Assembly: GCA_964036045.1 (NCBI GenBank)
Contig: OZ038378.1
Coordinates: 142,166,001-142,230,000 of the forward strand
Length of the DNA: 64,000 bases
Direction of reading: 5' to 3'
Source of the DNA: Eutreptiella sp. 'Long Island Sound 2002'
Taxonomy: Eukaryota > Protista > Euglenida
Shown piece after piece: positions 23,761 to 36,687 of this stretch. Position numbers and translations under genes: made by a program. Under the pieces are notes generated by a model. That model ran no database searches. It worked only from the letters and a program-made list of their open reading frames with translations, and was not told where the DNA came from. Position 1 is the stretch's first letter, and each line of letters begins with the position of its first letter.

Positions 23761-26700
23761 ATGACTGAACTGGGATGGCTGCTCGGAGCGGGGGGAGGGG
23801 GGGGGGGAAGGGGGGGAAGGGGAAGGGGGGGTGGCAGGGGGGACAGAGGGGAGGGAGGGAGGTGGGTGGCGGCACTCATCGGAACATTGGTGACCCGGGG
23901 GGGATATTGACTGGCGGTGATAATCCAGCGCATGCCAGTCTCCATTCCAGGCGCCCGAGACTCCCGACACGCGCAAATGAGGCGGCAAAGCCCAGCTGCT
24001 GTATTGGTCGACCACCCATATTGCCCGGTGGCGGAGCCATTGGAGACAGAGGTGGAGGATGCAACAACGGCGTCTTGGGAGGTGGGGCAGGAGGTAGTAC
24101 ATGAAGTGGACGGTCTATGAAAAATCATGTTGGCTTGCGGACAAACCCCTGGCGATCGCGGAGTGCGCTGCTCTGCGTATCAGCGCTAGTGGCCATCCGG
24201 ACAGGACCGCCACCTAGAGCCAAGCCGCCACCGACAATAACTCCCCCGCCCACGTCACGCACCATCGTTTGCTATTACTGAGGACGCCGGTTAAAAGGCA
24301 CGGGAGGTAAGAGGGGTGGGCCAGGGCAGGGGATAGAAGAGGGGGGCCGAGTTTCAGGAACCAGGATGAATCCAGGGCACTAGGGTGGGTGTAACAGGAG
24401 CCCTGTCCCTCGAGGCCACGGACAAGGCAATAACCGAGGGCCTGGGTGGAGTGGTGGTGGCAACGAAAAAGACAAGCATCTGAGTGTTCCGTGGCACACT
24501 CACAGAGAACACGCAATCTCCAGCATTGGCGTAAAATATTGCAGATTGTCTGAATTAGTTGCACCTGGGGGGAGTCAGGGTAGCTGGAGGCTACGAGGAT
24601 GTTGTCTCTGAATTGCTGCAGCGAAACTCGCCCGTGGCTGTTCTCCTAGTACGGAAACCCCGAGTCGGTGACGCGGAGAGTACCCAGGCGGCGAAAAAGG
24701 CCCCTGTGGATGTATACGGACCACAGGCTGTGGAGGTCTGCAGCCTGTGCTGAAAAAGAACCCCCCATCGGTATACAACCATGCCTGCACCAGAGATTTC
24801 CTGCGCTGAGAATGAAGTTGTTGTATTTCATCTCCCACGTCACAGTGTCCTCTAGGGCGCCCTGGGTAGTATACCAAAACTTGGTTGAATTCCCCCTTCC
24901 CGCTCTGTCAAGTTTTTTACTCTCTTTATGCACAGACCACACGACCTCAGACATGCGCCATCGCTTCTTTTTTACGAGCCACTTGCAGGCAGAGGTGAGA
25001 TGTGAGATGACGTCTTCGGGTTTGATGTTATTGAATTGGTCTTTGCAGTCCACTTCACTAATATACCGGCAACCCAGGGAATTAAGATCATGAAACCATG
25101 ATGAAACATCGTTGATGCTGTGGGCCAGAAAGGGGCAGGGGAGTTCATCGCAGGAAAGTGGTCTTGGCCCTGGCGGCAACTTTGAGATTTCGTTTGGGGA
25201 GGAAGGGGTGGGGCAGGGCGGTGATTCCACGCCAGAGCCAGGTACCTTTGGTGAGGCTTTTGGCTTTCCCTATAAGGTACAGTATGGCCAATTGGCCCGC
25301 CTCGTTCATTTCCCAGCCGCGGCGCATGATGTCGCTGCGAATGGCGGACACAGTCGACGAGGGGTCCCCGGGGGCAGGTGTGTAGCCTTCATTGGCAAGA
25401 AACTTCTGTAAGACCCCCCACACCCAGTGGCGGCAGAATCCCCACATGACCCCAACCCCCTTATCCACAATTCGGACATAGAAATGTTTTGTGACTTGGT
25501 CTGCAAGTTGCACAACCGACCGGAGGCGAGCTCCGGACTCAGGCCATAGAGCACGAGGCAAGTATGTGAGGGGAGGGGGGAGGGTAGCACCGATCTGTTG
25601 AGCCATAGTGGTTAAGTCCTGAAGGAGTTGCTGGCGGACTTTGTGACCGTTGAGGGGGAGGGGGTCATTGGGGCGACCCGTAGAGCCGTCGTAGTAGGGG
25701 ATGGCGATGGGGCAGGGGGCAACATGACCATTGATGATTATGCGTGTGCCCGGTATGTTAGATGCCTGGTGGCAGGAACAAGGCGGCTGAGCCTGCAGTT
25801 TATCGTATTGCCGCGCCTTTCTCTCAAAAACTCTTCGGACCGTTTGAGGTGTACTTCTGGTGATGCGGATCGCTTTGTTTAACGCTTGTTTTTCCCACGC
25901 TGCACCGACAACGGATCCTACTAGTTTCCTACAAACACGGTGGATGGCTGCCTTTTGGTTGGGAGTCAAGTTGGGAACCACGACAGTACCAACTACATAC
26001 AAGGGAACGCTGAGTTTGGAGGCCAAATCCCGTAGATCGTGCTGAAGCCATTTCAACCTGGCAAAATCCCTGATTCGTTTGGCGTCTCTAATACCCTGCA
26101 GGATTGCCAATACCCTCTGGTTGAGCCAACCTCTCGACCTCTGGGGGCTGTCTGGGGAGCAGATCCCCGGTGGTACGTCGTTACAAGCCCATTTCTTAAA
26201 CACGAACCACCAGTGCCTTTCCCTTACACTGGCATACCAGGGGTCGAGAACGTACTGCAAGGGGAGAAGCCCCCACCCCCCCCATATCTACTTGGAGCAT
26301 GAGACGATGGAGGGTAGCGCAGTCTTGGTGGCTCGTGGCATCTGTCATATGTTTTCTCAACCGAGAAACTAAGGCGGACGTGGTAACCCCTATATAAATT
26401 AGGTGAAGAGCCAGGTGAAAAACGCAGTAGATAATTGACCCTGGGGGTGTGATAGCCACATACCATGTGTGGACGTGACTGAGGCGTCGAGCCATACGGA
26501 GGGCGGGGTGAGAGGCAAATGGCAGGTGGGCCATGCACTGCTGAAGCAAAGAGGCCCAGGCGCCCAGGTTTTTGTGATCCAGGGCCACCCCGGTTTGTGT
26601 GGCCAGGGCCCGTAGGACGAGGTGGGACTGGGGGTGGGACTCGGGGGACAGTTGGCTGGTACCCTCGTGTTGGAGGAGGACGTGTAACCGCAATATTTGT

Positions 26701-29067
26701 GTGTGTTCACATGCATGGAGGGCGGAGGGAGAACACATGAGGTGGATTGGGTCCCGGCGGTTATACCAGCCTATAGTGTTGAGGTCCGGATACACAAAAC
26801 GGACGTGCAGGACCTCGGATGCCGGGGCCCACATCCATACATGGGGTAAGGACGGGTGTATTTCTGGTTGGTTGTGGAGACTGGAAGCACCATCTGTCCA
26901 TTGCACGCAAGCGTGGGGGGAGGAGTTAATGAGGCACCGGGATCTATCACACAGGGATATGTGGCAGGCGGTTAGCCAGCAACATGGATGACACCAAGCT
27001 GTGGTAGCGGAGAGGGTGTGGGCAACGCGCCGAAACAACCATCCAGGGACTGCGGTAGGATCGTGAGAATCTGAGACTGATGGTGGGCCGCAGGCCACGT
27101 GGGGGATTGTATCCGAATTACCCCACCTCCCCCCCATGTTATCCGCTTGGCGGCAGTCGGTGAGACGGGCCTCATCAGACTGGGATGAGAGATGTGAAAA
27201 ACACGGGATGCGACGGATGGTATTGGTATGGGAGTCGCTGGTGTGGGTGATGTCTAAAGGAAAATAAGCATGTTGATGGATGGAGTCGATGAATGCCGCT
27301 GTCTGGGTCAGGACATGTTTTGCTAGTCCCAACTTTTGTTGGATGAATTGGATGGACAGCATTGTGGATAGGACATGGTTGGCAAATGTGTGGGAGTCGG
27401 CGGGTGGGGGGGGCGGATGCGGATCAACTTGCAGGACATTTGGTGAATCTGGGGAAGGGGGCGAGGGGGTAGATGATAGGGAGGGGGACATCTCGGGGCT
27501 CCGCTAGGCGGCAACGTTGACAAACACGCGCACTGGCGTGCGGCAACCCTCTAGTACGGAAGATAACCCTTTCCTCTTTTCGGTATTCATGGGAGACCGC
27601 ACAAGGGCATCAACAGTGGCTCTCATTTCTGGTGTGCTGTGTTTTGAGGCCCATTGTTGGAGGCGGGCATCCATATGGGGAGACCACTCGTTGAAAAGGA
27701 GGTCCAGAGCCTCAGGGACCCATTGACTCGTAGCATCAGGGGACATGTGTAGCCATGGATGCTGGGGGGGGGGGGCGGTGGCAAAAGCATCTGCACCAGG
27801 GGTGGAGGGGGGCTTTGACCTTGGGGCAGGGGAGGGAAGGAGGGAGGAGGTGGATGAACTGGGGGAGGCGACTGCTCCTTTAGCTGCTGACCCCGACGGC
27901 GTGTGAGCCCGCTTGGCTGCTCGGGCCTTTGCTGTCTCCGCCGGGCTCCCGTGGTCACCGTCCTCCAACTCTGTTGCACCCCTGGCAACACCGGTAACCC
28001 GTGCGGGAGCCATAGCGGAATCAGACTCCGACGAGAAACCCGCAGCGGACATGGCGACCACATAATCCTCAAAGGTCGCACGGGGAACGGCCTTGGACGT
28101 TACTTTTTCAAGGGGATCGAAACGAGACGAGACAAAAGACTCGAATGCTGACCGAGGAAGAGCCTGAACAGCACGTTGCTCTATCTCCGCAAACCGAGAC
28201 TGTACGAAACTATCAAATCGAGACTGGGACACTGCTTGAGAGATCGACGAGGTGGCGTCCGCTTGCCACGTTTCCAAATCGTGAAGACGATGATCGTGCA
28301 GAGACTGCTGTTTAAGAAGATCTGACATTTGAGATTGAAGACCATCTACCTTTTCAGACAGGCCACTGGGATCGCCAATGCTCTTTTCCAGAGCATCAAA
28401 TCGGGATGTCAAAGCTGTGAGAGAAGACCGGTTTTCCTCCGCCTGTATCGGCGCTCGCCTCATGCACTCGCGCAAATTGTGGCCTCGAATCGCACACCAC
28501 TCACAGATGTCAGCAAGATCTTCTTTATCTTGGCCAGCAGGGAAGATGATGGGGGGACTGATAGAGGAGCAATCGCATGTCGGGTGTTGGTCTTTTGTAC
28601 CGCAGCGCAAGCACCATGACCGATTAGCTCGACGGGGACCGGTAGAGAAATATGTTGTTTCGGGTTCTTAGCTGTATGCTTCTCGGGGATGTATTTATCG
28701 CAGCCCTTCTTCCAGTGGTGTTTGCTACCACATAGTGTGCATTCCCGATTCTTGGGGCGCTTAGCAGCAACCGGACACTCATCGCCCCAATGAAGGGCGT
28801 CCGCACCAGGAATGAGTTCGCATGTCCAACAAGGGGCTGGGGGTGGGCCACGGGCACCGCGAGAGGAAGCATTGCCCGAGGGGGCCTCAGGACACTGGGG
28901 AGCCCTGTGACCCGACTTGTGACAACGGCCGCAAATGACGATATCAAACATGGTAGTGTAGTGGACAGGAGGGCAAGGGATACAACTGGACGAAGGATTG
29001 CCAAGCGACGCAATGCGCGAACGAAACGATAACTGCCGAGCGGTCACTGAGCGTGCCAACGACAGAC

Positions 29068-30195
<1,128 letters not shown>

Positions 30196-30478
30196 CCTGT
30201 CACCCACATTGACCGATTTACCAGTCTTACAGCCCACACAAAGTGACAAACCACATTGTCTTATCATGGGAACCGCAAAAACCGTGGCTCCAAAAAGGCC
30301 CCCAAAAGTTTCGTCCCACAGGGTCGCCATGTTAGGACAAGGGCGTGCTACGCCAAGGAGGGGGGGGTAAGATGCTGGAAGGCAGGTGGGCTACCACGGG
30401 CTTATCGTGCACTTCGTGTACATAGGCCAGGCACGGCCAGCCCCCCCCACACCCGAGCGTCTGCCCCACATTGGGGCA

Positions 30479-30970
30479 TCAATCAACAATAGGAGATGTT
30501 CTCTGTCGCTTTGCTTTTCTTTCGACGTCAGAATAGCGAAGGCTTTGGTCCAACCAATCTGGCATTTTTGCTTCCGTGTTCCGCTCAAGAGCCTTCTTCA
30601 GATCCTCCCAAGAAAATTTTGTTTCGTCATCTTCTGCCTCGGGATCGATCGGCCGCCGGAGGTGGTCCTGCATCTCAGGGCAGACGGTGCAATCCCACAG
30701 CGTCCTGACCCTTTGTGCCCAATTCTCTGCCGCATGGCCCATGTGCATGAGCCGTGTGTGGCCTATATTCGGGAGCTGCAGGCCGTCGCGCTCCCGGAGC
30801 CGCTGACACCGTCTGCGGCATGCCCAGAGCACCTGCAAGGCCTCCTTGCCGCCCTCGGTCACCAGGCCATGCCCTTTCATCCACCGCAGGAGAATGTGGA
30901 AGTGGTCTTCCTCTTCGAGGTTCACAAAGGCAAACCGCCGCCGCAAAGCAGCGTCCAATTCAGTGCGGCC
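30479..30970 (-). CDS. AAA domain 2, terminal exon
   Basis: CAG|GGC acceptor. Contains ELDAALRRRFAFVNL, IGHTRLM and TLWDCTVCPEMQDHL. Stop TGA at 30481-30479. Confidence 0.85.
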   Translation of the reverse strand, partial: GRTELDAALRRRFAFVNLEEEDHFHILLRWMKGHGLVTEGGKEALQVLWACRRRCQRLRERDGLQLPNIGHTRLMHMGHAAENWAQRVRTLWDCTVCPEMQDHLRRPIDPEAEDDETKFSWEDLKKALERNTEAKMPDWLDQSLRYSDVERKAKRQRTSPIVD

Positions 30971-31507
30971 CTGCCAAGAGGCGGGGGTGGCAGAGGCAGT
31001 GGGTAGTGCGCGGCGAGTTGAGGCACGATGCCCACATGTGCCGGGGGGGGGGGGGGGTTCGTCTGGGTACAGTTTCGTGAGGGGAAAATTGCACATCTCC
31101 ATTTTTGGTGCAGGGCCATCAGACACGGGGAACTTCGACACCCCCAACCCTCAGTACCTTGTGGACGATCAGTTGTGTGAGACTGTGGCAGGCCCACAAT
31201 TTGAACAATACCCATCAGAGATAAAAGAAGAAGCCATTTGCAAAGAAGATGGACCAACTGCCGACAACAGCGCCACGATACCCGGCGACCGCCGCCACGG
31301 AGGATGCACAAGCAGCAGCAAGTGCCCCAAATTGCGCAATAAATTTCGCGGGGAAATTTTCGACACCAAAACTGAAAAACGAAATTGTCCCCTGTCCTCC
31401 AACCGCCTATCCAACCGCCTCTGGGACCGCCTTCGAGGTCCCTTCCCCCCTCATGCATCCCTGGTCTTGGTCCTGTGCGCTACACCACAACGGAGGCTGC
31501 GCAGCAC

Positions 31508-31723
31508 CTGCTGATTGATGATGAGGATAATGTGTAGCCCTTTATCAAGACTAAACTCGTGGGTGCGGCCTGGCAAATATATGGCCTGGTCCCGATACTC
31601 CATCAAAAAGAACAACTCGCCGAGGACGCTGGGGATCCGGCCCTGGTCCCGCTGCTCAACGTACAGCACCAACACGTGCTCCTTCCCCTTGTTCCGCGCG
31701 GAGAACTCCAGCAGAGGTCCATC
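31508..31723 (-). CDS. AAA domain 2, exon with degenerate Walker B and NxxD
   Basis: CAG|GAT acceptor. Encodes DGPLLEF...VLVLYVEQRDQGRIPSVLGELFFLMEYR...LHIILIINQQ. Donor CAG|GTGCTG. 72 codons. Confidence 0.85.
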
Positions 31724-33547
31724 CTGAAGACGAGAGGCACCGGCAGAGGAAGGGCGCGGCATGAGGCGCACTGTAGCGACCTCATTGCGTGGGCGGAAAT
31801 TGGCGTCCATGTGGGGGTAGTGGGGTGGTTCGAGCCCCCCTTCAGGGCTCCCATGACGGGAGGCTGTAAACGGCCCTGGAGGGTGGCAAAAAGCTCTGGA
31901 ACTAAAGGCTGGGTTTATATGCCGGTTGATACTTCCGGGTGTATGTAGTTGTTGATGTGGGGGAGTCATAAAGGCTGAGTTAATGTACCGGAATCCTCCA
32001 CGCATGGGTGTCTCAAAGGGGGGGGACGAAACAGTGGTGGTGCCTATGTCCCGCCATTTCCGGCGATCATCATGGCCGATCCACTACAGCACAGCCCCCT
32101 GAGTCATGAGCACACGCTTCAAACTACCAACAGCACACTGCCCATTCACCTAAACTGCTGATAACCCATCTACCCTTCGAATCCTGTCAGTTGCACGAGG
32201 GTTCTGTCACGAGAGGCCCTTTCCCAGACCACCCCACCCCTCCTCCTTCTGCCCCCCCCCCCCCCCCACCCCCGTTTGGGCTTGGGTGGTAGGGCCCTGA
32301 CGCGGTGCTTGCCCTGACAGACTGCCCGGTGCCGCGCGGCGACCCCCCTATGCCGCCACCTGGTCCCTGGCATTGGGCCCCTGCACAAACCAGACTGCGC
32401 TCACGGAATCCCTCGGACACCAACAGCAATCGGACCACTTTGTGCGGGGTGGGCGGGCTTTCAATTTTTGGGGCAGAGGGGCGGAGGTCGATACAACCCT
32501 CTGGCTAGACGCCCACCCCCCCCCCCCCAAAAGAAGGGCCCAATTGACGGGACCCCCAAAATCGTACCGAGACTGACCCCCGGGCCCTGGAGGTGACCCG
32601 GACATCGGGAAAAAATGAAAATGGGGTTTTTGGAATCAATGCTCAAAAAAATTGTCGGCACCTTCGGCTCCACAGTTCAGAATAACTGATTCATGGTCTT
32701 GTGAAACGAGCCCCTTTCCCGAACCCCCCGCCCTGATTTGGGGGGCTCTATTGAACCCCCCCCCCCCCCCCCTCGAAGGTGAAAACCCAACCTCCCACGT
32801 CGGCAGCAAAACATGGGGGGGGGGGCGGGGGGACCGCCGGGGGACGTCCAGGACACAGAGACATGCCCCTGATCCGAATGAGGGGGGTAACAAATGGCTG
32901 TGGGACCATTTGAGGCACTCGTGGCGTATGGGGCGTGTTGTGCCCCAAATGTCGACGGTGGACAGCACCGCCCCACGGTCCGCTCTCCTTTTGCCGTGGG
33001 AACGCAACCTGAGGCAAAGAGGTGATGCGGGCCCATGTGCTCCACCCTCCACGCGGCGGGTCAATGCACATTCCTGATGCCCCCCTCCATGGCTACGCAC
33101 GCGTACTTTCCATGGCTACGCACGCGTACTTTCCATGGCTACGCACCCTTACGCACGCGTACGCCCCAACACTCCGCACGCTTGTGTACGCTTGGGCTCG
33201 GGGACACGGAGGTGGGCATCTTGTATAGTCACGCACTGCTTCTGTGCGGAAATGCAATTGGTGCTGGTGGAATGTCTGTTGAAGGGCGTGTGCCCGATCA
33301 GTAGACCCCGATATCGGACGCGACCGGCACTTAAGGGGCTTTGCGGCGAAAACAAAATTCGCACGTGGGGACAGGGAGATGACGCCCGCTTACGCCCCAA
33401 CACCGCACACGCCTGCGCACGCTCAGCCCTGGTCTTTGCGCACGCTTGTGACCACAGGTCTGCCGCAGACCACCGCCGCAGCCCCAGTGAAGCGGGAGGG
33501 GACATGCAAAGTGCGGGCCACGAGATGCGGAGGGATGCGCCCGGGAC

Positions 33548-34189
33548 CTTCATCTCAAACGCACCGCTCGCCGTCGGGCGGTAGCCACACACAAACTCTT
33601 CGTAGCTGAGGTTTGCGTGCAGCCGCACGAACAGGAGCCGCTCGTCCGACGCCGCGCCGTCCGCCTCAGCAGACTCAGGGCGAGAGGGCATGGCCGCCTC
33701 TGGTCCCGGCGAAGGCCTCACAAAGCGGTTGAGATGGGGAGCGGCCTCGTCCTCCTTCGGGGGAGGCCTCTCCCCCCGGATGCCTTCGTCAGCCTCGTCC
33801 TGCGTGTCTGCCTCGTCGTTCGGGGCGCGTCCCTCGCTGCGGTCGGGGCCAAGGAGCAGCCGGGCCAAGTCCTGGGCGATGAACTTCTTGCCGCTGTTGG
33901 GGGGCCCGATGATGGCCAGTTGCTTCTTCCGTTTCAGTAGCCACAGGTCTTCCATAAAATTCCCTTGCGGCGCAGTGCGCGGTGCTGCCAGTCTGAGGTC
34001 ACTGTCGGTGGGGGTGTCAAAGGGCACCTTTTCTTTGGTCTGGCCGGCGTTGTCAAGGATGTCGACGTGACGACCTTCGAATTCGCCCTTCATTTGGCCC
34101 CAGAGAGTCTTGAACCGGAACTCCTTTGCCCGCTCCGCATCGCGGAAGAGGTCCTCGACATATGGCACGACTTGACTGTCCCACAGAAT
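33548..34189 (-). CDS. End of AAA domain 1 and start of degenerate McrB-like AAA domain 2
   Basis: T-rich tract then GAG|ATT acceptor. Contains ILWDSQVVPYVEDLF, then KKQLAIIGPPNSGKK and VRLHANLSYEEFVCGYRP. Donor AAG|GTCCCG. 214 codons. Confidence 0.88.
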
Positions 34190-34722
34190 CTCGAAAAAAA
34201 AACAAGGCAAACTTGGCGGCGTTGAGTCAGTGGCCGAGCTGTGGGGGGGTTTACGGTGACGCCACGGAGCACGGCACAGGCAACAAGCACCGGACCTTCG
34301 GTGTCACAAACACAAATGGCATCAAGCGAACGGTCATTATTTTGGAAAGTAGTGGTAATATGTAGCACTTGTAAACCCCCTGCTACGCATCTTAGAGATA
34401 GAACAACCTTTGACACAAAGGCCGTTCAGTTTGACAATTTGAAGCAATGACACGTGACAATTAGCCGATGCCGTATCCTGACTGCCTACATGACAGTGGT
34501 GTGCAATGTGCTGTGGCCTGCTGCGGCATGCTGTAGCATGTGGTGGGTGTAGTGTGGCATTTGCAGTGTTGTGAGACATGCCACACCAGCTGGCCGTTGC
34601 AAGGGTTCTGCATTAGCGTCCTGCTGGGACTTTGCCAAGAGCAACACAGAGTCGCCACGGGCCACCGCACCAACCTCCCAATCCTCCATTTCGCAGTGGC
34701 ATTGCACACGTCCCCGACGCAC

Positions 34723-35268
34723 CTGTAGCTCCGCCCAGCCCTCTTCGAAGCACTTCACCCCAAGCACGTGACTTGGGCCAATGTACCCCGCGGTGCCCTT
34801 CAACTTGTCGTTGGCCATCTCCAACAAGCGGTCAGCCACTTCCCCTAGCGACACCGCACGGGCCTTGAGCTCGTCCGGGAGCCGCAGGCTGTCCTGCCGA
34901 AACTTGCGCCGGACGACATGTCGCAGCGGCGAGTCCGGCAGCCGCGGATCCATCGCCACGAATGCAAAGCTCTGTCGTAGCTCCGCGCCGATGCGCACGA
35001 GGGACCGATCGAATGTGTTCATCGTGCCCAGAATCACCAGGTTTTCCGGAAGCTGACTGACGATGTCACCCGAATACTGCAGCTGCACGCGCAGCCGTCG
35101 AGGGTTCGAGGGACCTGGTTCTTGTGTGGCATGGCGGCGGTACAGGAGGTCCACAAGGTCACCCATGACCTTCGATAGAAGGCAGCGGTTGACTTCGTCG
35201 ATCACCAGCACCACCGTGCCCGACGCGTGACGCTTCGCTGCTTTCACGGCCTCCAGGAATGGCCCGTC
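34723..35268 (-). CDS. McrB-like AAA+ domain 1, exon with Walker B and NxxD
   Basis: AAG|GAC acceptor. Contains DGPFLEA, VLVIDEVNR, LPENLVILGTMNTFDRS, LRQSFAFV and YIGPSHVL. Donor CAG|GTGCGT. 182 codons. Confidence 0.88.
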
Positions 35269-36607
35269 CTTGACAGAGGGCAAGGGTTGGGGTTTTGAGG
35301 GGTTGATAAGGGTTGGAAAGGGAGAGGGACGGGAAAAAATGACCGCGGGGGGGGACCGGGCGGTCAACTGCTGAGACCGGGTCGATAGACCTGCCGAGAT
35401 GCCCCCCCCCCCCCAATACAAAAAATGGGGTGGGGGTTAATTGACGGGGCCCCCACAATCCAACTGGGACCAACCCCCAGGCCCCCGGAGGTGACCTGAA
35501 GCCAAAAGTCGGGCAAAAGGAAAATGGTACTTTTGGCATCAGCGCGTTGAGAGTTCCGAAGGGTCATCAGTTGTCTTGCACTTTGGATGCTAAAACAAGG
35601 GATCATTCTCAACACCCAAAAAGTGTTCTCGCCGCCTTCAGTGCTGGATTTCACAGTGACTGATCACCGGCCCCGTCATGTGCCCCCCCCCCCCCCCTAT
35701 CCGTCAGGTTTCGGAAGCTCTATTGACCCCCCACACCGAGCAGCTGTGTGCCCGACTTCCCGAGTGTGTGTTTGGCGGTGGAGTGGGGGTCGCAAGGAGG
35801 CTGAGGCCGGAATCAGATGGCAAAGGGTGGTGGACTAGAAAATGGGATTCTGTGGTGTGGACCGGGCCATAGTGTGGGAGAGGGCGCTTGGAGAAGTTTT
35901 GCAGTGCTCCCTGCCATCGCGCTGAGGGCGTTCTTGCAGCTGCAGACTCCAGCACATTGGGGTGGTGTAAAAACACTTTTTTGCAAACGATTGTTGGGCT
36001 GCCGCAGGGTAACTCTGATGGCTATTGTATTTGTGTCATCGTCGGCCCCTCCTTTCATTCGCGGCACATCTTGTAGTCCTTTGTGTGCATACAACCAGCA
36101 GTGGGGCAGAGACTTGCCCCATGTGCCCTGCTGTGCGGACATGGGGAGCCTGATGACCAGTGATGGCCATAAGACGGTTCGCCCCCCCCCCCCACCCTAT
36201 CCCGTCCATGGGTAGGTGTCTGTGGATGGGTCCATGGGTCTGCAGGTCCGGCATCAATGCAATACTCCGTTGCACGCCCTGTGATGGTGGGGGGGACCAC
36301 TATCAGGCCATTTTCCAGGCATGGGGCTGTAAAAAAGGGAACAACAGGAAGTACACAACTTTACTGAAAAAACAGAGAACCGCAGGAACTACTCAACAAC
36401 AGTGACAAGTCCTCATCCACAGCATCCATGTGCAGCTTTGGCAAACAGTTTTGTCTGGTAAAGGACCAATATTTTGTAGTGACGGCACAGAAAAATGCTC
36501 CAGCGGGAGTGGGGCAGCGTGCATGTACGTGGAGTGAAGACGTGTCCTAGGGCAGAATTGGGTACACTGAAGGGCGGGCGTAGGGCAGGAAGTGGAGGAG
36601 ATAATGT

Positions 36608-36621
36608 GGGTGTGTGTGTGT

Positions 36622-36685
<64 letters not shown>
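36608..36685. repeat. (TG)n microsatellite, left flank of the pogo-like insertion; continues at 38697-38770
   Basis: Directly visible on both sides of the element. Confidence 0.9.

Positions 36686-36686
<1 letters not shown>

Positions 36687-36687
<1 letters not shown>

Noticed and set aside
22780-23900. Hammerhead ribozyme in or near the PLE pseudo-LTR (CTGACGA at ~23324-23330, CTGATGA at ~22817-22823 and CCGATGA at ~23876-23882, all on the minus strand)
   Set aside because: I could not find a correctly placed GAAA and stems II/III by eye. An Infernal search with hammerhead models would settle it.
13899-27506. Alternative genetic code (TAG = Gln)
   Set aside because: Host exons contain no in-frame TAG, and the TE copies also carry frameshifts, so they are simply dead.
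33087-33170. 23-bp tandem repeat CCATGGCTACGCACGCGTACTTT (~2.6 copies), and the T-rich repeats at 3893-3970
   Set aside because: Ordinary short intronic or intergenic minisatellites with no spacers or associated genes.
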